Positions 45,194 through 58,300 of a stretch of 64,000 nt of DNA are shown here, piece after piece. A program made the position numbers and the translations under genes. Below the pieces are notes generated by a model. It was not told where the DNA came from, searched no databases, and was given only the letters and a program-made list of their open reading frames with translations. The stretch's first letter is position 1. Each line of letters opens with the position of its first letter. This stretch comes from Eledone cirrhosa (taxonomy: Eukaryota), in the NCBI GenBank assembly GCA_964016885.1, contig OZ024743.1, forward strand, positions 313,162,001 through 313,226,000. Direction: 5' to 3'.

Positions 45194-45412
45194 ATTTAAC
45201 CTGATTGTATTTTCGTTGTTGTGGCGGCTTCTGTGGCTATGTCCCTTAACCACAGTTTTCAATTTCTCACGCTATATAACGTATGTTACTTACTCTAAGG
45301 TGTAACCTATCGATTTTTCGATACACTCTTATTGAATGCTTCGTGCAAATCCGAATTGTTACTTCGTGGGTTTGGCCGACTGTTAACTTCAATTTTACTA
45401 ACCTTCCACTTG

Positions 45413-45442
<30 letters not shown>

Positions 45443-45444
<2 letters not shown>

Positions 45445-46765
45445 CTAGCATTAAAGCCCGGCGTTGCTCGGGGTCAGTAAGTTACCAAAGTTAGGTTGCA
45501 CCACCCATTTTATGGCAACACTTTTTTGTCTGCCAGGCACTGGGTGAATGAATTGCAGACCTGGACTGCCGAAGCAGGAGCTGCGCCAGCAGTGACAATT
45601 GTAGTTTCGCCTATGGATATTATCTCTGTGCAAAGAAGTGTTGAAATTTATTGTTTCACAGTACTTGCGCAACACGCGCGTAGACGATGCCAGCCGAACA
45701 ACAGAGCTGCGATGGAGTTGTTCTGCATGGTTGTCTAATGTGTGTTTTCTAAATTTAAGGCAGTAGGGAGTGGTGTGATATGGGGGAGAACTAGCTGCTG
45801 TTTCTAGCAGGTTTAGTGACCTCATAGAGGATATGTTTTCTAAATTTAAGACAGTAGGGAGGGGTGTGATATGGGGGAGAGTTAGCTGCTGTTTCTAGCA
45901 GGTTTAGTGACCTCATAGAGGATATGTTTTCTAAATTTAAGACAGTAGGGAGGGGTGCGATATGGGGAAGAGTTAAGTTCTCTTTGTCATTGAAGTAAAT
46001 AAATGTTTGACCGTTCCACACTCAAAAACAAACGTTCTCTCTCTCTCTCTCCCTCTCACTCTCTTCTCTCTCTCTCTTCGGCGTTCCTAAAGGAAGTTTG
46101 TAAGCATGTATGTAGTTTTATCGAATTTGAAGGGGAGTTGAGAGAGGTAGGCAGATTCTATTAGAGGGGTAAAGCGTCATGTATTTAGTTTTATCGATTA
46201 TTTCCATAATTGTGGGGGTGTTTGAATGGAATAAATAGTTGTTGACCTAAGCTAGACCATTTACAACATTCTTACAGACTTTGAGTCGAATCGGTTTGAA
46301 ATTGTGCAAATGTATAAACATGGAACATGTGCACACACAACAACAACAATCTGCCTTTTATATATAATGATGATGATGATAAGAGATGTAAGCGTCATGT
46401 ATTTAACGTTTGTCTCTGTCTCTGTCTCTCTGGCTACCTCCTTTATTGTTTTCTCTCTCTCTAAAGGAAATTATTAAGGAGTGGGTTTATAAGCGTATAT
46501 AAGAGAAGGTTGCAGTATGTATGGGAGGTAGGTAGAGTTACTCAGATTGTATTAGAGGGGTAAAGCGTCATGTATTTAGTTTTATCGATTATTTCCGTAA
46601 TTGTGGGTGAGGTTGAAATAAATAAATAGTCGTTGACCTAAGTTAGACCATTTACAACATTCTTACAGACTTTGAGTCGAATCAGTTTGAAATTGTGCAA
46701 ATGTATAAACATGGAACATGTGCACACACACACACAACAACAACAATCTGCCTTAAATAGATAAT
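45443..46765 (+). mobile_element. Helentron/HINE-like non-autonomous element with internal tandem repeats and duplicated 3' end
   Basis: 5' tactagc...cccggcgttgctcggg hairpin; ~92-bp tandem x2.5 (45745-45965); ~46140-46360 repeated at ~46530-46760. Confidence 0.55.
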
Positions 46766-46789
46766 GATATACATATATATATGAGTCTA

Positions 46790-47025
46790 AAGTCTGTCTC
46801 AAGCCCGGAGGCTCACTAGGCCGGTGGTTATCCCGTTTTCCATGGCGTTAAGCAATTGATGGATGCTAGTCCATCGAAAGGTTAAACTCCCAGCTATTGC
46901 TGATACTCAGGTTAGTATACTGGAACAACATGAATTGAAATGTTTTGCTCAAGAACAGAACACACAACCCAATCCAGGAATTGAACCCACAACATTATGG
47001 TGATACCATTACGCCACGCGCTTCC
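46790..47025 (-). mobile_element. tRNA-derived SINE family C (V-domain-like core)
   Basis: Minus-strand B-box gtgggttcaattcc, then gttcttgagcaaaacat and cgatggactagcatcc. Confidence 0.5.
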
Positions 47026-47026
47026 A

Positions 47027-47203
47027 TGCGGTGGATTGGCAGTACTGGTAGAGGGTCGGACGCATAGAGTTACGGCCCTTTCCATTCTGAGTTCAAATCC
47101 CGCTGAGATTAACTTTGCCTTTCATCCTTACGGGGTCGATAAAATAAAGTACCAGTAATGCACTTGGGTAATTGCTGGCCTTGTGCCAAAAGTAGAAACA
47201 ATT
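47027..47203 (+). mobile_element. SINE family A, near full length
   Basis: Head, B-box gagttcaaatccc, central domain and tail; head-to-head with the family C SINE. Confidence 0.88.
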
Positions 47204-47386
47204 ATATATATATAGGACGGGATGTATATGTGAAGGTATGTATATTTCCTCTGATAATTTGTAATATTTTTACATAGATCTATATGATATACATACCAAC
47301 ACACATATACATCCCAGAAACGATCGTAAAATGATGAATTTCTTAATATAAGGAACATATTCTTTGTCTTTATTTCATTGTTTTTA

Positions 47387-47434
<48 letters not shown>

Positions 47435-47435
<1 letters not shown>

Positions 47436-47730
47436 GATATTAACAAATGGAAACTATATTTATAAAACCATATTTATTTCATTATACATATTTCAAGGAC
47501 GCCAAGTTAAATTATGGTGTGCTTTCATCAGACAAAATATAATATAGATCAGTTTTATAAATAAATATTGACATACCCTTAAAGAATGCGACCATGTCGG
47601 TTGGAAGCTCCCGGATAGTTAATTTGTTGTATTTGTTAATATATTGTATTTTTACTCCAATAATTTGTTGAGTGCTTTATATCAGTTATAAACATATTTG
47701 CTTGTTGTATCCCAACAAATTAAATATAAC
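47435..47730 (-). mobile_element. PLE terminus family H copy with minus-strand hammerhead motif
   Basis: Homologous to 26396-26575; tttc...tcatcag at 47491-47530. Confidence 0.75.
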
Positions 47731-47734
47731 TTCT

Positions 47735-47772
<38 letters not shown>

Positions 47773-47930
47773 CTGGATGGATTCAGTTTGAAACTGGTTA
47801 GACTATTACTCAACAGAGTTCTTGGGTAGTAGAGTATGGATATATTATAAAGAGTCTGGACCCGATGGCTGAGAACTTGCCGTTTCAATAGCTAGTTCCG
47901 AGTCTGGAGCTCAGCCGTCGCAACCCGACT

Positions 47931-47966
<36 letters not shown>

Positions 47967-48354
47967 AATATATTTTATTATACAAGGTATGGTTTTTCTC
48001 GATACTTTACTAGGAAGTTTCAGTTGTAACAAAATACGAAACTAAGATTTTTTTCTCCCCACCCAGGCACAAAACTTGCACATGCTTTAATCTTTTGTTT
48101 CCTGAACCCCAATACTGTATATTTGTAAATATTCTCTTTTGCTTTGTATTAGCATTGCAACATTTCATTTATGTAGCTTATCTTACGTTCCACACAAAGG
48201 CAAGAATATATCACATTTTCCCCAATGCACAATGAGAAAATATCTCCATGTATATATGTATTATCGCAACGTCACAATATGTTAGCAATTGGTCTAACAA
48301 AAGCCATCAACATAATTAAATATTGTTAGCAAATATTGCGACATATAGCGGATC

Positions 48355-48715
48355 TTCGTCAGTTATAACGAATGTTCTAGCTGTTTGATCAACGGAGCAG
48401 TCTACTCATGAAATCAACGTTTAAGGCGCTGAGAAATCCACTGACACACGTACCCTTAATTTAATTCTCAGAGAGATTCAGCGTGACACAGTATAGTATG
48501 ACATGGTTGAGCCTATGAATTACAGGTACAGTATATCTTGTATAATAGTGTAAGTGGCTGAGCATTTCACAGACTTCACACTTAACGATACAGCTTCCAT
48601 TTAACCAATTACACACATAGGGTTTGGGCCGACCCTAAGTTAAGGTGAAAGACTTTTGCTCAAGATGCTGCACTGTGGGATTGAACCCAAGACTTTATGA
48701 TAGCATGCTGCGTCC
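48355..48715. mobile_element. Degenerate SINE fragments
   Basis: 48355-48450 resembles 5400-5475; 48585-48715 resembles family B. Confidence 0.45.
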
Positions 48716-49555
48716 ACAAATATTATCTCAGAATCAAAACGAAAGAATCTCTCTATAGCAAAGAATATCAATTGCAGGATCTTATCTAAAAACAGTATAA
48801 TACTGAGAAAATAAGTTATATTTCTAAATTCATCAAAATTCTTTATAACTTTCAAAATAATTTGGAAATCATAGTCAATGTCCCTTCTTCAGAAATATAG
48901 CAACGAAACTGTTTTTATTTATAAGAAAAAAACGTCTTTCATATTCTTATATAAGAACATATGTTTCAAACACCAGCTTAATAATGAGAATGTTAGTTAT
49001 ATTAATAAATCCTTTCAAATCGTCGATTATTCTAAAAATGATTTAAAATCATAGTCTGCGTATTTCATTTGAAATATAGTAACGAAAGGATTAAAGTATT
49101 TATTTATCTAAACATCATCCTTCCTAATTTATTTAATAACCTCTTTTAAGTTATATTCTAAAAACCGGCTTAATAATAATGAAGAAAATTAAGTTTTATT
49201 ACTAAATTAATTCAATTTTTAAAATTATTTTCAGAATGATTAAAACATTAGAGTCAGTATTTTAAGGAGAAGTATAATAACAAAAGTGTTATTGAATTTA
49301 TAAATGTAATTAAAATGAAACCCTGTTGTGTGGATATAACGAATGGCTTTTGCTGCAAAATAGAGGAATTATGAGAACATATAAATGTCTTTGTTAAATC
49401 CTACAATTTATTAAGCATATAAAATATCAACTTTCATTTGACTAAACTCAAAGGTTATAAGTTTTAAGGATTCCATGATAGAATCTTACTTTAATACTTT
49501 TACAAAGTACATTAGTGATGTGGGAAGGAGTGTCAAATATCAATTATCAGGCGCA

Positions 49556-49652
<97 letters not shown>

Positions 49653-49822
49653 TTATATACACACAGTCATATATATATATATATATATACGTACCCTCTC
49701 AATTTTATGTAGTTTGTCATGTTACTACTTATGGTATATAAATATTGAGTTTCGACATGACTAATCACTGCCAAAACTGGAATTGAACCATCAGCACAGT
49801 TGAGGTATGCCAGACATCAATT

Positions 49823-49888
49823 TATTTTATCTGATGAGGAGGTACTGATGAAAAAGCTCACTACCTGTGAAATATATATAATAAAATA
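49823..49888 (+). ncRNA. Minimal type I hammerhead ribozyme
   Basis: 8-bp stem I tattttat/ataaaata; CTGATGA; stem II aggta/tacct; GAAA TATATA TA. Confidence 0.65.
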
Positions 49889-49956
49889 TATTTGATCACA
49901 TGAATGTCTATATTTATTAATATTTTGAAGTAATATATATATATATATAAATATAA

Positions 49957-50320
49957 GCATGTATACGTACATACATATATGTATACAGACGTACAGTAGT
50001 ATGTATATATATATACATACATGCACACATATATATATATGTACGTATGGATTCACGGAACATTTATTATAATGCTCGGTGTGTTTGTAAACAAACATCC
50101 CGAATTAAGCCGTACAGTGTCTAACAACCATAGTTGCTCATTTGTTCAACACTGACAAAGGAACGCTGTACTAGTTTCAAGCTTATTAGCTATCGTCAGC
50201 AACGTATACCTTCCTGCCAGATGGTTGAACGTCTGAAAGTATATACTTTCTTTATGCATATTAACGGCTGAGCAGCCTAATTTGCATATCGAGTGAGTTA
50301 ATCGGCCGGGGTACCGATTG
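49957..50320. repeat. Family X copy (inverted relative to 32.8-33.15 kb)
   Basis: Reverse complement of ~32805-33150. Confidence 0.85.
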
Positions 50321-50468
50321 AATGATTCTGCCATTCCATTGACCTTGGCTCGTATTTTATTTATCAATCCTCTGAAGAATGAAAGACAAAGTTTAACTGT
50401 GAATGTAAAGAGCCAGAACAAACACCGCAAGGCTTTCACCTGATGCTCTATCTGTTTCACTAATCTTC

Positions 50469-52188
50469 ATGGCTGCTATCATGGCTACTACTATGGTTAC
50501 TACTATGGCTACTACTATGGCTACTACTATGGCTACTACTATGGCTACTACTATTGGCTACTACTATGGCTACTACTATTGGCTACTACTATTGGCTACT
50601 ACTATTGGCTACTACTATTGGCTACTACTATGGCTACTACTATGGTTACTACTATGGTTACTACTATGGCTACTACTATGGCTACTACTATTGGCTACTA
50701 CTATTGGCTACTACTATTGGCTACTACTATTGGCTACTACTATGGCTACTACTATGGTTACTACTATGGCTACTACTATGGCTACTACTATGGCTACTAC
50801 TATGGCTACTACTATTGGCTACTACTATGGCTACTACTATGGCTACTACTATTGGCTACTACTATTGGCTACTACTATTGGCTACTACTATGGCTACTAC
50901 TATGGTTACTACTATGGTTACTACTATGGCTACTACTATGGCTACTACTATTGGCTACTACTATGGCTACTACTATTGGCTACTACTATGGCTACTACTA
51001 TTGGCTACTACTATTGGCTACTACTATTGGCTACTACTATTGGCTACTACTATGGCTACTACTATTGGCTACTACTATGGCTACTACTATTGGCTACTAC
51101 TATGGCTACTACTAATGGCTACTACTATGGCTACTACTATTGGCTACTACTATGGCTACTACTATTGGCTACTACTATTGGCTACTACTATTGGCTACTA
51201 CTATTGGCTACTACTATGGCTACTACTATTGGCTACTACTATGGCTACTACTATTGGCTACTACTATGGCTACTACTATTGGCTACTACTATGGCTACTA
51301 CTATTGGCTACTACTATGGCTACTACTATTGGCTACTACTATGGCTACTACTATTGGCTACTACTATTGGCTACTACTATGGCTACTACTATTGGTTACT
51401 ACTATGGCTACTACTATTGGCTACTACTATGGCTACTACTATGGCTACTACTATTGGCTACTACTATGGCTACTACTATTGGCTACTACTATGGCTACTA
51501 CTATGGCTACTACTATGGCTACTACTATGGCTACTACTATTGGCTACTACTATGGCTACTACTATTGGCTACTACTATGGCTACTACTATTGGTTACTAC
51601 TATGGCTACTACTATTGGCTACTACTATGGCTACTACTATTGGCTACTACTATGGCTACTACTATTGGCTACTACTATGGCTACTACTATTGGCTATTAC
51701 TATTGGCTACTACTATGGCTACTACTATTGGCTACTACTATGGCTACTACTATGGCTACTACTATGGCTACTACTATTGGCTACTACTATTGGCTACTAC
51801 TATGGCTACTACTATTGGCTACTACTATGGCTACTACTATGGCTACTACTATGGCTACTACTATGGCTACTACTATGGCTACTACTATTGGCTACTACTA
51901 TGGCTACTACTATGGCTACTACTATGGCTACTACTATGGCTACTACTATGGCTACTACTATTGGCTACTACCATGGCTACTACTATTGGCTACTACTATG
52001 GCTACTACTATTGGCTACTACTATTGGCTACTACTATGGCTACTACTATGGCTACTACTATGGCTACTACTATTGGCTACTACTATGGCTACTACTATTG
52101 GCTACTACTATGGCTACTACTATGGCTACTACTATGGCTACTACTATGGCTACTACTATGGCTACTACCACTGTTCATGGCTACTACC
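50469..52188. repeat. 1.7-kb minisatellite of mixed 12-mer GGCTACTACTAT and 13-mer GGCTACTACTATT
   Basis: Direct inspection; rare GGTTAC variants. Confidence 0.97.
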
Positions 52189-53364
52189 TTATTTATCATC
52201 CATCAGAACAATGAGGGGTAAAGTTGACTGCGGTGAGATTTGAACTCCGTATGTAAGGAGCTAGAACAAATACCGCAAATCATTTCTTTCAACGCTCTAT
52301 CACTTCTACCAACGGTATGATATGGTCCCGTAACTCCCGAGGGAAGCGTAGGGGCGTCATATTGACATACAGTGTTTCTTAGAGAGTGAGAGAAAGGAAA
52401 TGAGAAAGAGATATACTGGTACATTCTTATCGACTTCGAATGGATGAAAGTCATAGATGACCTTGATGGGACTTGAATTCAGAGCACAACCAGCCAGAAC
52501 GAATACCGCAACATTCTAACGGCTCTACCAATTCACCACCTTACTTCTACCTATACGTTGCCTAAAATTTAATCAACGGTTCTGTCTCCTAAATGTTCTA
52601 AATCAATATCCTTTGACATATCAAAATAATAAGTATTTTCAAATATATTGATTCTTTGGGTTCTTTATTTTTTTTTTCTAGTACTGACTGTCGTTATTTT
52701 AATATCATTATAGTTTCTTGTCAGGTCTATTGGAAGCTAAAGTAATTATAATACGACAGACTGACTGTTTGTCTGGGAATATTGGAAACATCATTCTAGA
52801 TTTTCTTTTACTTGAGGAATTAACTCAACACCAATGACCGCGTGAACAGAATTTTAACAATATTGTTAAAAACCTATTACACCCCTAACAAATTTTTCAC
52901 ACCGACTGACAGCGTCAAGGGGCATGAGAAATCAGATACATATTTCCACACCAAAAATATGAGAACGAGCTCGGTCTCTCACTCTCTCTCTTCATGACAC
53001 ACATTATCTTTCCCTAAATAGGAAAAAAATAAATAAAGAACATTTAGGAAAACTAGGACAAAAAATATATCATGTGAGGTGGAATTAATTATCATTTTTG
53101 TTCTTATATTCTCTCTTTTTTTATACTGGTTTCATTCATTAGACTGTAGCCATTCTGGGGCACCATCTCAAAGGATTTTAGTCGATCATATCAACCCCAG
53201 TACATGTTTATTTCAAGATTCGTATTTATTTCATCGATCTCTTTTTGTCGAATTGCTATGTAAACACAAACCTTGGCACGCATAGACACATATATAGAAC
53301 GAGCAAAACGAACTCCTTAATCATATACTCATGCATACGCTTACACACACACACTATCAAAGTC

Positions 53365-53373
53365 GTCATCATT

Positions 53374-53411
<38 letters not shown>

Positions 53412-53451
53412 GATCGTTTTTACGTCCGTTTTACCACGCTTGCATGGGTTT
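53365..53451 (-). mobile_element. 3' tail fragment related to the 35-42 kb RTE family
   Basis: Minus strand aaacccatgcaagcgtgg...cggacgtaaaaacg(ATG)n matches 42381-42439. Confidence 0.75.
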
Positions 53452-53551
53452 ATGCAGATAATTAAGGTGTTTATCTGTGAAGGGTTGTACCGCCGCAAAG
53501 ATAATCCTATTTAAGCAGTAAGAAATAGAATGCAATATATCTATCTATCTA

Positions 53552-53594
<43 letters not shown>

Positions 53595-53599
53595 AAAGT

Positions 53600-53878
53600 T
53601 CTATTTAAATTGTTGGGATACAACAAGCAAATATTTTTATAACTGATATAAAGCACTCGACAAATATTTGGAGTAGATATACGATATTAATAAATGGAAA
53701 CTATATTTATAAAACCATATTTATTTCATTATATATATTTCATTATATATATTTATAAAACTGTTATATATTGTATTTTGTCTGATGAAGGCATACCATA
53801 ATATAACTTGGCATCCTTGAAATATATATAATGAAATAAATATGGTTTTATAAATATAGTTTCGATTTATTAATATCG

Positions 53879-53880
<2 letters not shown>
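53600..53880 (+). mobile_element. PLE terminus family H copy (partial inversion) with hammerhead at 53774-53838
   Basis: Homology to 26394-26756 and 47435-47730; CTGATGA...GAAATATATATA. Confidence 0.75.
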
Positions 53881-53915
<35 letters not shown>

Positions 53916-53920
53916 CGAGA

Positions 53921-54331
53921 GAGGGTGTCCCCAAAAAATGTACACACACATTAATTCCCTGTACAAGCAACGTTTATTAGAATGCGCAGCCTTTCCCAAA
54001 AATAAAATGATCTACAGACATAATTCAATTGTATGTAAACATCCAAAAGTGTTTACATAATTTAAATAATTGTTTCTACTTTTAGCACAAGGCCAGCAAT
54101 TGTTCCAGTGCATTACTGGTACTTTATTTTATCGACCCCGTAAGGATGAAAGGCAAAGTTAACCTCGGCGGGATTTGAACTCAAATCATAAAGGGCCGTA
54201 ACTCTATGCTGCAAAGCATGGCGTCCGACCCTCTCCCGATACTGCATTTAAATAATGCATATTAAACAATTTATTTTTAAGCATTTTCTTTTGCTGTTGA
54301 AGTGTGAATACATTTTTTGGGACATCCAGTA
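53921..54331. mobile_element. Tc1/mariner-type MITE interrupted by a SINE
   Basis: TIRs agggtgtccccaaaaaatgtacacacac / gtgtgaatacattttttgggacatccag, followed by TA. Confidence 0.7.
54071..54246 (-). mobile_element. SINE family A with target-site duplication
   Basis: TSD atttaaataat at 54060-54070 and 54247-54257. Confidence 0.88.
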
Positions 54332-54607
54332 TATATATTTTGGGGCCACCCTCACTAATGTTCCTGGTTGGCAATTATTTGAAAGAAATGTTAAATATAA
54401 GATACAAATTGACAGCGTCATTAGGGCAATGAATTGAATGTATTGTAGTGTTCCTTCTCGTTATCTCTGTCCCGAGTTCAAATCTTACTGAGATTACCTT
54501 TTTTGTCATCCTTTCAAAGTCGATGGATGAAGTTTCCCTTAAGTACTTGGATTGATTATTCTTTTGTCCCACTTGTTTTTCCCTTTCTCTCTGCAAGTAA
54601 TCGAATG

Positions 54608-54930
54608 TGTTCTGACCTAGAGAGGGACAGACTCCAACAGATGTAAATGTGGTCTGACTTAGAGAGGGACAGACTCCAACAGATGTAAATGTGGTCTGAT
54701 CTAGAGAGGGATAGACTATAACAGATGTAAATGTGATCTGATCTAGAGAGGGATACACCCCAACAGTTGTAAATGTGGTCTGACCTAGAGAGAGATAGAC
54801 TCCAACAGATGTAAATGTAGTCTGATTTAGAGAGGGATAAACTCCAACAGATGTAAATGTGGTCTGATTTAGAGAGGGATAAACTCCAAAGATGTAAATG
54901 TGGTCTGACAAATGGCGTTCAACAGATGTA
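54608..54930. repeat. 42-bp minisatellite, ~7.5 copies
   Basis: Unit agagagggacagactccaacagatgtaaatgtggtctgatct. Confidence 0.93.
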
Positions 54931-55397
54931 ATGCTTCTGACACACCGTGTGTCACTACGATTCTATCAAGAATTCAGGAACGAAAGATTATTTACTGTTG
55001 TATTGCAAAGTTTTGACTTTGAACCTTTCATTCTTTTTGTAACGTTAGATAAATTGGTGATTCAACAAAAAACAGAGTGTTGAATTACCAAGTCAGATCG
55101 TGTCCGTATGTGTATGTTGAAAAGTAGAGCTAACAAACAGCTTTAACCACGGTATTCATTATCAGCGACCTAAAATTAGTTGGAAATTGCTACTCTGGTC
55201 TCAGAAGCATTTTGGTTGTTGACCAGTGTAATCACTAATTTATTCCTTAAGATCAATTCAAAAGACTGTACTTTACTTAGAAAACTAAAAAAAAAATATA
55301 TATAACTTGAAAATTTGCCAAAATGAATCAATATTTTAGCCATTAAAAACACACAAAATGTGTTACATTGATTTTTCATTTATCATTTATTTAGTAT

Positions 55398-58300
55398 TGA
55401 GTGACAGAAACAGGTGAGTGTTAGGTTTAGGAAGGACTGGCGTCTCATCTCAGTCGTTTAATGCCAAGGAAATTGAGATAGGATTTGATCTGATGAGTCC
55501 CGGGCTTGGGACAAGCTTTACCTTTAACATTAGTCAACAAATTTATGTAAAGTGTATTTATGTAAAGTGGAAAAATATGTAAAATCATTCAGTGCATTAT
55601 CATATTTCGTATGATTTAAGCTTACGTTTATTGTATGTATGTTCTTCTGGTTTTATAATTTCACAAACTTTTGCCAATAGAGAGAGAGAGTCGGTTTCTA
55701 TCATAGACACAAGACTCTCTCATTAGAATTTACACAACATCAACTAGGTAGATATGTATGCATGTCTGCGTGCATGCATGTGTGTGCAGGTATGGATGTT
55801 ATTGTATGTGTGGATGTGTATGTCTTTAGTTGTATGTGTGCATGTGAATATGCTTAGTATCTGTAAAGTGTACATGCAGTTATTATATGCAAAATTTTTG
55901 GAATGTTTTACATATTTTTACTGTTCCATTAAAGGATTGTACTTGTAATCTCCTAACTACTCGTGTTCTTTCTGTTTCTGTGAAGCCCAGCTTCTCAAGA
56001 TTTGTATTGAGGTAGTTACTAACATATCCCAGTGCCCCAATAATCACAGGCATAAATCTGAAGGTATAGTCAGGATGGTGTGTCTGTAGATTTCTCATTA
56101 GTTCTGCATAAATATTCTCCTTTTCGCTAATCTTTGATATCATATTGGCATCTGCTGGGCAGCTAACTTCCACTACTGTGCATGCCTTCTTTTCCCTGTC
56201 CCATATCATTATATCTGGTCTGTTATGTCTGCATTTTATTGAGGTTTTTACTGGAACATTCCACCAGTACTCTTTCATAATATGTATATGTATGTCTTCC
56301 ACATTGCTGTAGCTTTTAATGTGTTTATTATCGGGGCTATCCTTTTTACGAACTGCATTGTACAGTGTTTTGGCCACTACATCATGCCTCATTGGTAGAT
56401 AGTACCGCGATGACATCTTTGGACAGCTACTGATGACATGGGTGATGTTCTAGATGTTAGTTCTGCAGCGTCTGCACTTGTTATCACATCTAAGTGTTTT
56501 GCCTGCATCCCTATCTCTTTTGTGAATTAGGTATTTCATGTTAATCTCCTGTTCTTGGATTGCAAAAGCATATCCTTCAAAGTGGGAGCCAATATAGCGG
56601 TTGTTGGTCCAAGATAGACTACTTTCCTTATCTATATTACTCCCACTCTGGAGCTTCCTGGCAACATATCCGTGCATGATTTTTTGCTGATAGGCATGCA
56701 GTTTTTCATCCATGGATTCACTGCGATACTGCTGAGCGACTTCCCTGGGTGTGAGATTTTAATTATCACACAGGGAATATCTCTCGAGGAGTTCCTTCCC
56801 AACTCTCATGATCTTATCTGTTTCATGCAGATAGACTTACTCGAGAAACGGGCTCCTACGCTTCGATGTTCGTAGATGTTGTCGGAGAGATATGATGCGA
56901 CATTCAAATGTTGTCTGGACTGATGTCAGGCCTCTGCCTCTCTGCTTAAGTTTCACGTAAAGGCGGTCTATGTCACTGTCGATGTGGAAGTTTCCGGTGT
57001 TGTTTAGTATTTTTTGAGTTCCAACATCAACTGCTCGGATTTCGTCTATAGTCCAATTGAGTATTACAAACGTTGGTGTTAGAACAGGCACAGCAAACAC
57101 ATTGTGAGCCACTGTTTTGTTTTGCGCAGAGAGTTCCGATGACCAGATCTTTCTTAATCGGGTGTAGTATTCCCTGGTTATGCGTTCTTTATTACAGATA
57201 CCATTATAGGATATGTTCTCATCTATCCCCAGGTATCTGTAGCAGTCCTTATCAGATATCGGTGAAACAGTTAGACCATTGATGACAATGTTGCTAGATT
57301 GGGTTGTTGTTTTTCCCTGCTTTACAGTCGTATATGAGCATTTATCTTGGCCAAACTCCATTCCTATATCCTTTGAGAACGTTGTAACCAGGTCAAGGTT
57401 TTTCTTCATCCCATCAATGTTCTTGGCATAGAGTTTCAGATCGTCCACAAAGAAATTATGGGTTAGGTTCGTATTTCTGTCCTCCTGTGAGCCAATGATG
57501 TAGCCCTCACATTTCTTGAGCAGAAAGGACATGGGGTTTAATGACAAGACGAATAATATCACAGAGAGACTGTCCCCTTGAAATATACCCCTGAAATATT
57601 TTATTTTATCAGTGAAAATAGAGTCCTCCCTCTCTGTCTTTAACCTTAGGATAGTATCCCAAGAAGAAGACAACCTCTGTATGACTCTGACAATAATGTC
57701 TGGGACTTTAGCAAGTTGGAGGGCCTCTATCATCCAAGAGTGGGGAACAGAATCGAAAGCTTTCCTGTAGTCCAGTCAGATTGTAGCCTTATTCCTCCTA
57801 AGTTGTCGCACCTCCGACATCGCAGTTTTGTTGATTAGGAGTTGTTCAGCACATCCCCAAATCCCTTTCTTTCCAGCTGCTTGTTCATCTGTGATCATGT
57901 TATTATCTTGGAGGAATAGGTTCAGACAGGCTCTATACATCTTATACATCTTATTCTGGCATGCAATGGGTCGGTAGTTTTTTGCCAAGTGGGTGTCTTT
58001 GTTCTTGGGGACCAGTAATGTTTGTGCTAATGTCAGCCATTCTGGTATAAGTGTATCTCCCTTAAGAACTTGTTGGTAGAGGTCAGTAAGATACCTCCGA
58101 TAGAATATCAGTTTTTTGTACCAGTAGCCGACAATCATGTCTTTTCCGGGTGTTTTTCATCTTGGAGTTTTCCTATCACAGTCTCAAGGGTACCCTCACT
58201 TATTTCGTATGTTTTTGTTGTATTGTAGGAGCAATAGTTCTTTCGGATTTCTCTTAGCCACACTGCATCTTGGTTGATATTCTTCTTTTCACCCCATATC

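Noticed and set aside
47027-47105. tRNA gene
   Set aside because: A/B-box-like head continues into SINE body and tail; no cloverleaf.
50469-52243. 581/555-aa Gly-Tyr-rich ORFs as a structural protein
   Set aside because: Frame-shifting 12/13-bp units give the same peptides in all frames, as expected for a non-coding minisatellite.
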